DNA of 64,000 nucleotides from Bacteroidia bacterium (GTDB lineage Bacteria > Bacteroidota > Bacteroidia > Palsa-965). The translations under genes were made by a program, and so were the position numbers. Of the stretch, positions 1-8,119 are shown piece by piece (the first letter of the stretch is position 1; every line of letters starts with the position of its first letter). The notes below the pieces were generated by a model. The model saw only the letters and a program-made list of their open reading frames with translations. It ran no database searches and had not been told where the DNA came from. The stretch spans positions 25,692-89,691 of the forward strand of contig JBBRYH010000010.1 of the NCBI GenBank assembly GCA_038237845.1. The letters are read 5' to 3'.

Positions 1-360
1 ATTTTTCTCAGGTGTTAATTTGTCATTGTATTCATTCAATTCAGGATCAGAAAATGTTTTGATAAAATCTGTTTTCGGTTCATCAATAACAATAACATAA
101 AGCTCTTTGTAGATATCTTGATATTGTAAAGAAGCATCATCATTTAATTCTGTAGAAACAGTCATGTGTTTTGGAATACTGATTTTGTATCCGCCACTGT
201 CGACTTTAATTTCATTGTTTTCTGCGATAGCTTTATCTAAAGCTTCTTTAATTGATGCCGAATCGGATCCGCCTTTGCCGAACATCCCTCCGCAGGACGA
301 TAGCATTACAAATGCTGACAAAGAAACGCCGACTAGAATTCCGGTAGTTTTGGATATCAT
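1..360 (-). CDS. Partial CDS running off the window start. N-terminal 120 aa of a lipoprotein, MISKTTGILVGVSLSAFVMLSSCGG... with lipobox LSSC.
   Basis: Manual reverse-complement translation of 1-360 is open throughout with ATG at 358-360. Signal peptide plus Cys lipobox. Not in the ORF track because it is open-ended. Confidence 0.5.
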   Translation of the reverse strand, partial: MISKTTGILVGVSLSAFVMLSSCGGMFGKGGSDSASIKEALDKAIAENNEIKVDSGGYKISIPKHMTVSTELNDDASLQYQDIYKELYVIVIDEPKTDFIKTFSDPELNEYNDKLTPEKN

Positions 361-454
361 GTTTTTGATTTTAGGTGTATGGTTATGGTTATTGGCAAAT
401 ATAGTGAAATACCCCAATGGCAATTATTAATTTATAGTTGCAAATTAGATTCGT

Positions 455-1048
455 TCAAAATTCAGGATGAATTCCAATCATAATTCCCGCTTTGAAACCA
501 AGTAGACCTGTTTTGTACATATAACTAACTCCAGCCTGAGGTGCTAAAAAGACATTTTGCTTCGGGAAAATCATGTATTTCAAACGAAACATTGCAGTTG
601 CACTTAAACTCCATTCTTCTAAATAAGGATCTTTTCGTTTCCAATATTCATAACCGAGCGGATTAAGAATAATATCTGCATTTAGTTTTTCACTCTGTTT
701 AATTTCATAGCCAATACCTTCGGGAATCAGCATACAGATTACTCCAACGACTGCCATCCCCCCGCCAATAATACGCTGCGTAGAATCTATTCTCGAAAAA
801 ATAAATCCAGCAGCAGCCATTCCTCCTGTTGCATGAACATAAATTCCACCTTCGAGATTAGGTCCAACACTGAGTTGATAATTTAAAGTGAAACGATCTA
901 TATGATAATATGCCTGCAGTCCAAATGACTCCATTGACCGGTTAGGTAATTGGTGATAATCTGCAATTATTCCAATATCAATTCCTTCTTCTTGTGACTT
1001 CAATGAAATAGAGAATGAAAGCAAAACAAAAAGCGATAAAAGTTTCAA
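455..1048 (-). CDS. Hypothetical secreted or outer-membrane protein (197 aa) with an N-terminal signal peptide, Gly/aromatic-rich. Encoded directly downstream of the type-B CTD adhesin gene.
   Basis: ORF with signal peptide MKLLSLFVLLSFSISLKSQ. Alternating hydrophobic pattern consistent with a beta-barrel. No recognised family. Confidence 0.5.
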   Translation of the reverse strand: MKLLSLFVLLSFSISLKSQEEGIDIGIIADYHQLPNRSMESFGLQAYYHIDRFTLNYQLSVGPNLEGGIYVHATGGMAAAGFIFSRIDSTQRIIGGGMAVVGVICMLIPEGIGYEIKQSEKLNADIILNPLGYEYWKRKDPYLEEWSLSATAMFRLKYMIFPKQNVFLAPQAGVSYMYKTGLLGFKAGIMIGIHPEF

Positions 1049-1081
1049 ATGATTGAGGAGAAAGGGTGTAAAAAACTCGAT

Positions 1082-4000
1082 TTAAAATTTGGCAGCCAGC
1101 ACACATGAACGTTTATAACTCTTCACTTTCCCATCGGCAGAAAAAACTTCAAAGTAAATAATGTAAGCACCGACTCTTGCTTTTGTGCGATCGTCCATGG
1201 TGCCATCCCAAGAGAGGGTTCCTTTTTCTGTACCGAGTAGTTCACTATGAACTATTGTTCTTACTAAGCGACCACGTGAATCATAAATCGTTACGCTAGC
1301 AACATAACCAGGAGAAGAAAAATTGTAATCAATATTTACCACATCATTAAATCCATCGCCATCCGGAGAAAAAATTGGTTCAGTAACAGTCACTTCTCCA
1401 TCGTCTGTGCCGCCTGGATTAAATTCTGAATTCTGTTGTGTCGGTGTTGCAAATCCTGCATTTTCAGCAGCAGAATGCCAGTTAGTTGCATCCTGTGTTG
1501 TACGATCAAAATCAATTCGCTCTAAAGAAACGCCCTTTGTGTTTTGTAACAATGGGAAATGCCAAGAACTTAAATAAATTAATTGATCAATGATATGAAA
1601 TCCAGTATCTGCTAACACTACAATATCTCCATCCACATTCATAGAAGGAATATTTGCCATATCTAAACATTTGTCGATGTCTGTAGTATTCGGATATTGC
1701 ATTTGAACAGTTGCTCCACTCTCACTTAAGACAAGATATTGTCCCGGAAAAAGTAAATATCCTTCAGGTGCAATTAGATTAAAATCATTTAAAGTATTAG
1801 TTAGCGTATCAAGTGTACACAAAACAAGATTTTTCAAATCAAGAACTTTTGTCGAACGATTATAAACTTCTACAAAATCAATACCGCCATTATTCGGATC
1901 AAACAAAACTTCATTGATAATAACATCATTGGGAAGAATTGCAGATGGCAAAGCAAATAGTGCTGTTCCAGGAGCAGCTAATTGATTCCCGACACAATCG
2001 GTCAATTGAAAATTAACAGTAATGGTGTAAATAATTCCGGTTGAAATGGCCGATGAAAGTTTCAAATCGCATTTTGAAAAGTCACTTCCAATTGGACGAA
2101 TGCTAATTGGATTGCCAATGCTATTGTCGATGGTATAAGAACTTAAACTTACCATCGTCAGACTGTCAAGTGATTCTGAAAACCACAAACGAATACTATC
2201 CGGAGCTAGAACAGAAACGCGAATAAAACGAGGTTTAATATTATCCGGATTCGATGCTGCAACACTGTTTCTATAACCCGGTGTTCCACCCGTTGTAGAA
2301 TTAGACGCAATCCAGTTTGAAGCGCCAGAGCAAGGGTTCAATGGATCAATCTGTTCAAGTGACCAGCCTCCGTTTTTTTTGGTTGTGTTTTGATACCACG
2401 TGTCGGAATAGGTTATGGAATGAATTACAATTCCGGTCGGCTCTCGCAGTGTAATCGTTCCTCCCGTATTGGTCAAAGTAGGAATGCTTGTAACCCCTAC
2501 AATATTGATTCCTGGATAAAGAGCAGCTGCGGTTGTCGATGTGAGCACAAGAAAACTATCAGCAGGAATTACTGCAGTTGGTATTACGCGCGTAGTAGTT
2601 CCAACACCAATCGTCCATCCTGTAACACTGATGGAATAGGACGTAGTATTATGCAATTCAAAATATTCTTCGTCCGGCAATTGAACAACTGGATTCGGAT
2701 CAGGCATGATTTCATTGATAACAATATCAAATTCCTGTAATTGATGATAAGAGAAATTTCCTGAGTTTGGACTCGTTGCGTTGCCTGCGCAATCAGTAAG
2801 TGCTGCAAAATTGATGGTATAGGAAGTGTTGTTGGCAAGTGAAGTTCCCAGTGTCAACGTTGCGCATTGAAGTGTGGCAGTATCGTAAGACATTGAAACA
2901 GGAATTCCAATAAGTGGTGAAATAGAATAATTCGAAAGGTTAGTTAAAGTGGAGGGATCGATTCCTTCATTAAAACAAATTTGTAAATGCAAACTATCTA
3001 TTGCAATGGCAGATAAAAGAATTGGCCCGGTAACATCAGGCGAATTATTAAAAACGGAATTTTGTGTTCCAGGAGTTCCTCCAGTTGGATTTATAGAAGC
3101 AATCCAATTTCCTGCTGGGGCACATCCAACATTTGTATTCGGATTAATTAATTCTAATGTCCAGCCTCCATTTTGTTTTGTAAGATCACGAAACCAGGTT
3201 AAATTATAATTGGCAGAATCAATTGGATTACTTCCCGCATCAAAAATTTTCAAATTGTCTCCAGCATTGTTTAGTGAGGGCCAAGATGAAAGTCCGATAG
3301 TCGGACCAAATGGAGAATACAAAGCTGTATCTGCGTTGGCGCAAAGAATAAGATAAGTACCAGCAGGAAGAACCTGTGCTCCAAAATTTCCTGTAGAAGT
3401 TCCGTCGGTAAATGACCAACCGCTCAAGTCAAAATTTGAGGTGCTGCGATTGAAAATTTCAACAAATTCAGAAGCGGGCAATCCTATAACAGGAGAAGGA
3501 TCTGCAAAAACTTCATTGATAATTACATCATGAAAAACAGCATTTGATATGGGAAGGTAAAGGAAGTTTGCAGTGGTAGAAGTAATTGCATTTGTATTTA
3601 AATCCTGAACATTTATTACGGTAAGAATGTAATTTGTTGCACTGATAAAATTCGAAGCAAAGGTAAGGTGAACGAGAGAGTGATTTGTTGCGTCACGTAC
3701 CGCTGAAGTCGGAATGCCGATGCTGTTATTGACGGAGTAGTTAGCAGCAACCTGTGAAGTAGTCAGATCAACATTTTCATCAAATGTTACATCGAGTTGT
3801 GTTGCTGAAATAGGAGTAGCAGATAAAATAGATGGAGCGGTTACGTCGACAATAATTGGCCCGACATAAAAATCGTCGTAATAAAATTTGGTGATATTGG
3901 ATACTGTGTATTTGCTGAAGATGCCGAAAAAATTACTCGTGGTATGTGTGTTATCAAATGTGGTCCCTTCGATTTGATAATTATAACCACCGAGTGTATC

Positions 4001-4525
4001 AGAATACATTGTGAAATTCCCCGTTGCATCTCTGATAACTTTTATTCTTAAAACATTATTGGTTGCAGCACAATGTGAATTTACACCATCTATGATTTTT
4101 GTTTGTGTGGCTCCGCTCTGTTCCCACAAATCAACACTGTCAAAAGAACCGTTTTCACCTAGACGAACATAATACCCATTAACTGCGCCAGTCAGCGTAG
4201 CAATGTCTGCAATGAGATAAACACGAACGTTATTATTATCTGAAGGAGCAAAATTTTCTCTAACCCAAAAATCCCATTCGGTATTTGCAACTGCTGTGCT
4301 TGGAGTAGAGAGATAGGCCGTATCCGAAACCGTTCCGTTCGATTGTAATTGAAAACCTGCATTCACAATATAATTTACTGCATCGCCTGTCCAAACTGTT
4401 CCGGTGGTGAAATTTCCATCGGAGAAATTATCGGTGAGTTGGGCATTGCTGTTTAATGAAAAACAAAACACTGAAACGAGAAAAAGTAGTATACGAGTTG
4501 ACAATTGTCCTTGATTTTTGGTCAC
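1082..4525 (-). CDS. Large secreted surface protein (1147 aa) with three lamin-tail-domain (LTD) repeats and a T9SS type-B (gliding-motility-associated, CHU_C-like) C-terminal domain.
   Basis: Signal peptide. Repeated LTD signature blocks VIINEVFADPSP, IVINEIMPDPNP, VIINEVLFDPNNGG. C-terminus FSPDGDGFNDVVNIDYNF...VTIYDSRGRLV matches the type-B CTD motif (F/SPNGDGxND ... YNRWG). Confidence 0.8.
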   Translation of the reverse strand: MTKNQGQLSTRILLFLVSVFCFSLNSNAQLTDNFSDGNFTTGTVWTGDAVNYIVNAGFQLQSNGTVSDTAYLSTPSTAVANTEWDFWVRENFAPSDNNNVRVYLIADIATLTGAVNGYYVRLGENGSFDSVDLWEQSGATQTKIIDGVNSHCAATNNVLRIKVIRDATGNFTMYSDTLGGYNYQIEGTTFDNTHTTSNFFGIFSKYTVSNITKFYYDDFYVGPIIVDVTAPSILSATPISATQLDVTFDENVDLTTSQVAANYSVNNSIGIPTSAVRDATNHSLVHLTFASNFISATNYILTVINVQDLNTNAITSTTANFLYLPISNAVFHDVIINEVFADPSPVIGLPASEFVEIFNRSTSNFDLSGWSFTDGTSTGNFGAQVLPAGTYLILCANADTALYSPFGPTIGLSSWPSLNNAGDNLKIFDAGSNPIDSANYNLTWFRDLTKQNGGWTLELINPNTNVGCAPAGNWIASINPTGGTPGTQNSVFNNSPDVTGPILLSAIAIDSLHLQICFNEGIDPSTLTNLSNYSISPLIGIPVSMSYDTATLQCATLTLGTSLANNTSYTINFAALTDCAGNATSPNSGNFSYHQLQEFDIVINEIMPDPNPVVQLPDEEYFELHNTTSYSISVTGWTIGVGTTTRVIPTAVIPADSFLVLTSTTAAALYPGINIVGVTSIPTLTNTGGTITLREPTGIVIHSITYSDTWYQNTTKKNGGWSLEQIDPLNPCSGASNWIASNSTTGGTPGYRNSVAASNPDNIKPRFIRVSVLAPDSIRLWFSESLDSLTMVSLSSYTIDNSIGNPISIRPIGSDFSKCDLKLSSAISTGIIYTITVNFQLTDCVGNQLAAPGTALFALPSAILPNDVIINEVLFDPNNGGIDFVEVYNRSTKVLDLKNLVLCTLDTLTNTLNDFNLIAPEGYLLFPGQYLVLSESGATVQMQYPNTTDIDKCLDMANIPSMNVDGDIVVLADTGFHIIDQLIYLSSWHFPLLQNTKGVSLERIDFDRTTQDATNWHSAAENAGFATPTQQNSEFNPGGTDDGEVTVTEPIFSPDGDGFNDVVNIDYNFSSPGYVASVTIYDSRGRLVRTIVHSELLGTEKGTLSWDGTMDDRTKARVGAYIIYFEVFSADGKVKSYKRSCVLAAKF

Positions 4526-4718
4526 CTGTAAAGATAAGTTATTCAGCTGTTCGAATTGTCAATTTCATGTGAACAAAGTTTCAATATTTGTATGGTCAGA
4601 AAGCGGAAAAGTAGCATCTTTGCATCCATGATAAACAAATGCATAAAACGTAAGTATAAGAAACCTACTCGATAGGGAAGGACTACTTGTGTATTATGTA
4701 AATAATCAAAAGCAGCGG

Positions 4719-4744
4719 CCTTTCCCAAATGGAAAGGTTTTTTT
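4719..4744 (+). terminator. Hairpin CCTTTCC-caaat-GGAAAGG followed by a T7 run, 25 nt upstream of the asd start. Plus-strand intrinsic-terminator-like element.
   Basis: Perfect 7-bp inverted repeat plus T-run, read directly. The orientation matches a plus-strand transcript even though the upstream gene is on the minus strand. Confidence 0.45.
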
Positions 4745-4768
4745 ATTAATTCAAATTAATTCACTTTT

Positions 4769-5761
4769 ATGAAAATTGCAGTTGTCGGTGCCACAGGTTT
4801 AGTGGGAACTAAAATGTTACAGATTCTGGAAGAGCGAAATTTTCCTGTCACAGAATTAATTCTTGTTGCCTCTGAAAAATCAGCAGGGAAAGAAATCACA
4901 TTTAAGGGCAAGAAGTATAAAGTGGTAACTGCACAAACGGCAATTGAGATGAAACCACAGATTGCATTATTTTCTGCTGGAGGAGGTACTTCATTGGAAT
5001 GGGCGCCAAAATTTGCTGCTGCAGGAATTACAGTTATTGATAATTCTTCTGCTTGGAGAATGGATCCGACAAAAAAATTAATTGTTCCAGAAATCAACGC
5101 AGATGCATTGACTAAGGAAGATAAAATTATTGCAAATCCCAATTGCTCCACGATTCAAATGGTTGTTGCATTAAATCCCTTGCACAAAAAATACAAAATA
5201 AAACGAATTGTAGTAAGCACGTATCAATCGGTAACAGGAACAGGTAAAAAAGCAGTTGATCAATTGATGAATGAACGCGCTGGAACAAAAGGTGAAATGG
5301 CTTATGCGTATCAAATTGACATGAATGCTATTCCGCATATTGATGTGTTTTTGGAAAATGGATACACAAAAGAAGAGATGAAGATGGTGAATGAAACGAA
5401 AAAAATTATGCGCGATGATTCAATTCGTTTGACAGCCACAACAGTTCGTATTCCTGTGATGGGTGGACATTCCGAAGCGGTGAATGTGGAATTTGAAAAT
5501 GAATTCGAATTATCGGATGTTCGGAAAATTCTTGAAGAGGCTGATGGTGTAATCGTTTTGGATGATGTGAAAAACCTACAATATCCAATGCCGCTTATTC
5601 ATGCTCATGATAAAGACGATGTATTTGTTGGGAGATTGCGTCGAGATGAAACACAAGCGAAAACATTAAATATGTGGGTGGTTTCTGATAATCTCAGAAA
5701 AGGTGCAGCTACTAATGCAATTCAGATTGCTGAATATTTATTAAAGGCTGGATTAGTTTAA
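4769..5761 (+). CDS. asd: Aspartate-semialdehyde dehydrogenase
   Basis: N-terminal MKIAVVGATGLVGTKMLQILEER NAD-binding Rossmann motif, active-site region NPNCSTIQMVVAL, 330 aa. Confidence 0.93.
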   Translation: MKIAVVGATGLVGTKMLQILEERNFPVTELILVASEKSAGKEITFKGKKYKVVTAQTAIEMKPQIALFSAGGGTSLEWAPKFAAAGITVIDNSSAWRMDPTKKLIVPEINADALTKEDKIIANPNCSTIQMVVALNPLHKKYKIKRIVVSTYQSVTGTGKKAVDQLMNERAGTKGEMAYAYQIDMNAIPHIDVFLENGYTKEEMKMVNETKKIMRDDSIRLTATTVRIPVMGGHSEAVNVEFENEFELSDVRKILEEADGVIVLDDVKNLQYPMPLIHAHDKDDVFVGRLRRDETQAKTLNMWVVSDNLRKGAATNAIQIAEYLLKAGLV

Positions 5762-6765
5762 TCTACGTGAGGAGGAACTTCATCAGCAGGTTTTTCTTCA
5801 CCTGGATTTTCATTTCCTTCAACAGAACTTTCGTTTTCGTCCTTTGGATTTTCAATTACGGGAATTTCATCAGGAACAAATTCTGGCCATCGACGCAACA
5901 TATCGAACATTCCAACACCTAATGCGCCAGAGAGTCCAAGTACTAACCATACTTTAACTGCTGGTAGAGGATGAATAGTTGAAAAAATTGTGAAGTAAGT
6001 CAGCAAAAGAAATACAGAAATCAGAAACACGATAACACCAAATAAAATATTTGTTCCTAAAACCTTTTTACGACTTAAAGAAACAAGTTGTTTTCCGAAG
6101 AGCCTTCTTTGAAAAAGAATTAATAAAAACACTCCAACAGAAATAGACGCGTCGGCGATATTAAAAACAGGACGAAAGAATTGAAAATCTTCTCCTGCCC
6201 AAATAGGAAATTTCTCAGGGAAGGTTCCGGATATTACGGGGAAGTAAAACATGTCAACCACTTGTCCATGAAGAACACCTGCATAACCACCTTCTTTTGG
6301 CATGAACTGCGCAACGTTTTGATCCCACGCATCGCTGGCATTAAATATTTTTCCATAAAATACGCTGTCAAGAATATTTCCAAGTGCACCGGCAAAAATT
6401 AGAGCCACACAAACGATTAAGAGTGGGCGTACATTTTTTTTGAAGAGCGTAAATAAATAGTAACCTATTCCTGCTACTGCAGCGAGACGGAAAAGACTTA
6501 AAACAACTTTTCCCCATGCACCTTCACTGATTTCCCAACCAAAAGCCATTCCTGGATTTTCAACAAAATGTAAATAGAACCAGTCGCCGGAAACTTTATG
6601 TGCTTGCCCGAGGTACATATGTGTTTTGACCCAGATCTTAATTGATTGGTCAATGAATAGTACGGAGAGAATAATGGCAAGTGCTTTTTTCACGGATGTA
6701 AAGATAGGATTCGAAATATGAAACAAAAGCGAAAAAGTGCGAAAAAAGAATGTTCTGTAAAACAA
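5758..6765 (-). CDS. lspA: Lipoprotein signal peptidase II with a Bacteroidota-type insertion and an extra C-terminal TM plus acidic tail. Overlaps asd convergently by 4 nt.
   Basis: Motifs NPGMAFG, GNILDSVFYG, FNIADASISVG. The ileS...lspA neighbourhood is conserved. Confidence 0.85.
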   Translation of the reverse strand: MFYRTFFFRTFSLLFHISNPIFTSVKKALAIILSVLFIDQSIKIWVKTHMYLGQAHKVSGDWFYLHFVENPGMAFGWEISEGAWGKVVLSLFRLAAVAGIGYYLFTLFKKNVRPLLIVCVALIFAGALGNILDSVFYGKIFNASDAWDQNVAQFMPKEGGYAGVLHGQVVDMFYFPVISGTFPEKFPIWAGEDFQFFRPVFNIADASISVGVFLLILFQRRLFGKQLVSLSRKKVLGTNILFGVIVFLISVFLLLTYFTIFSTIHPLPAVKVWLVLGLSGALGVGMFDMLRRWPEFVPDEIPVIENPKDENESSVEGNENPGEEKPADEVPPHVD

Positions 6766-6810
6766 AATAAACTTTCATTAGAAAAAGCAGTTTCAAATTG
6801 TTAGGAAGTG

Positions 6811-6848
6811 CCCAATAAAAAAGGCCTCCTGAAAAATACAAGAGGCCT
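6811..6848 (-). terminator. Intrinsic terminator for the ileS/H1-like/DksA-like operon: stem AGGCCTC/GAGGCCT followed on the minus strand by a T-run.
   Basis: 7-bp perfect stem at 6822-6828 and 6842-6848. Minus-strand downstream sequence is tttttattggg. Confidence 0.6.
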
Positions 6849-6867
6849 TAATAAATTTAAAATTCAC

Positions 6868-7569
6868 TTATCGATTTTGACCCAATTTGGCGTCAATACT
6901 AAGTGTTGCATGCGGAACACTACGTAAACGTTCTTTTGGAATTAGTTTTCCAGTAACGCGACAGATTCCGTAAGTTTTATTTGCGATTCGCATCAATGCA
7001 TTCTTGAGATTCTGAATGTATTTTTCTTGACGAGCAGCCAAGTGAGCGGTTTCTTCTTTGGAAAGAACATCAGATCCATCTTCGAGCAATTTGAAAGTGG
7101 GAGAAGTATCATCTGTTCCATGATCATCCTTATGAGAAAGTGTATTTTTGAGAAGTTCGTAATCACGACTCGCCTCATCCAATTTCTTTACGATAAGAAT
7201 TTTGAATTCTTTCAATTCTACCTCTGAATAACGTGTACGGTTATCAACAGGACCCGGTTTTGCTTTATGAGCAACTGGATTTGGTTTGGTGAAAGCAAAA
7301 GGTTTTGAAATCTCGACTTTCACAGGTGTAGTAGCTACAGGCTTCTTTACCGGAGCTTTAGCGACAACAACTTTTTTAGCGACTACTTTTTTAGCCACTG
7401 CTTTTTTGGCAACAACTTTTTTAGCAACAACTTTCTTTGCTACCACTTTTTTAGCTGCTGGTTTTTTAGCAACAACTTTTTTTGCTTTGGGTGCAGCTTT
7501 TTTAGCAGCTCCAGATTTTTTTGCTGGAGCTGCTTTTTTAGCTGACTTTGCTTTTACTTTCTTAGCCAT
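6868..7569 (-). CDS. Fusion protein: N-terminal histone-H1-like Lys/Ala-rich repeat region (about 100 aa of AKKVV repeats) plus a C-terminal DksA/TraR-family domain.
   Basis: Repeats AKKVVAKKVVAKKVV. C-terminal region YSEVELKEFKILIVKKLDEA...DDTSPTFKLLEDGS...LAARQEKYIQNLKNALMRIANKTYGICRVTGKLIPKERLRSVPHATLSIDAK matches Bacteroidota TraR/DksA proteins, which are typically encoded between ileS and lspA. Confidence 0.75.
   Translation of the reverse strand: MAKKVKAKSAKKAAPAKKSGAAKKAAPKAKKVVAKKPAAKKVVAKKVVAKKVVAKKAVAKKVVAKKVVVAKAPVKKPVATTPVKVEISKPFAFTKPNPVAHKAKPGPVDNRTRYSEVELKEFKILIVKKLDEASRDYELLKNTLSHKDDHGTDDTSPTFKLLEDGSDVLSKEETAHLAARQEKYIQNLKNALMRIANKTYGICRVTGKLIPKERLRSVPHATLSIDAKLGQNR
7290..7560. 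repeat. Imperfect ~15-nt tandem DNA repeats (gcaacaacttttttagc-like) encoding the KKVVA repeats.
   Basis: Read directly at 7360-7470. Slippage-prone. Confidence 0.6.
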
Positions 7570-7586
7570 TGTAGTTTTGGAATCAA

Positions 7587-8108
7587 TTAAAAATGATCGA
7601 ATGCGCCACGTGTGTCATTATCACTTGTGTGGTCGTTATCATCACTTATTTCTGGAGCATCTTCAGTAATTTCCATTGCCGGTTCGTCATCGGTCATGAT
7701 TTCTTCAAAAGCAGGAGGCGGAGGTGTGTGTACTACTTCAGGTTTTGGAGCAATCACGCTCGGAGCTGGTTTAGGCGCAACAACTTTTGGTGTCACCACT
7801 TTAGGCGCAACAACTTTAGGCATCACGACTTTAGGCGCTACTACTTTTTTTGCAGGAGCAACTTTTTTCGCGACAACTTTTTTAGGTGCTGCTTTTTTTA
7901 CTGTTTTTTTCTTTGCAACTTTTTTCACTGCTTTTTTCTTAGCAGGCTTTGCTTTCTTAGCTGCAACTTTTTTCTTAGGAGCCGGTTTTTTCTTAGCAAC
8001 TTTTTTAGCCGATTTTTTCACCGACTTCTTAGCTGCTTTTTTGGCGCCTTTTTTCTTTGCAGGTTTTGCTTTCTTAGAAGCTCCACCTTTTTTCGCCTTT
8101 TTAGCCAT
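7587..8108 (-). CDS. Histone H1-like basic protein (173 aa). The N-terminal Lys/Ala/Pro-rich region gives way to an acidic C-terminal tail.
   Basis: MAKKAKKGGASKKAKPAKKKGAKKAAKK...PKVVAPKVV then EEIMTDDEPAMEITEDAPEISDDNDHTSDND. The antisense poly-F ORFs on the plus strand are artefacts. Confidence 0.7.
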   Translation of the reverse strand: MAKKAKKGGASKKAKPAKKKGAKKAAKKSVKKSAKKVAKKKPAPKKKVAAKKAKPAKKKAVKKVAKKKTVKKAAPKKVVAKKVAPAKKVVAPKVVMPKVVAPKVVTPKVVAPKPAPSVIAPKPEVVHTPPPPAFEEIMTDDEPAMEITEDAPEISDDNDHTSDNDTRGAFDHF

Positions 8109-8119
8109 GAGTGTGTGTT

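Noticed and set aside
164-430. 88-aa plus-strand ORF
   Set aside because: Antisense to the better-supported partial lipoprotein CDS (1-360, minus). No signal or motif of its own.
4526-4768. Calling a lysine riboswitch upstream of asd
   Set aside because: Could not recognise the conserved L-box helices by eye. Kept only as a generic leader/terminator observation.
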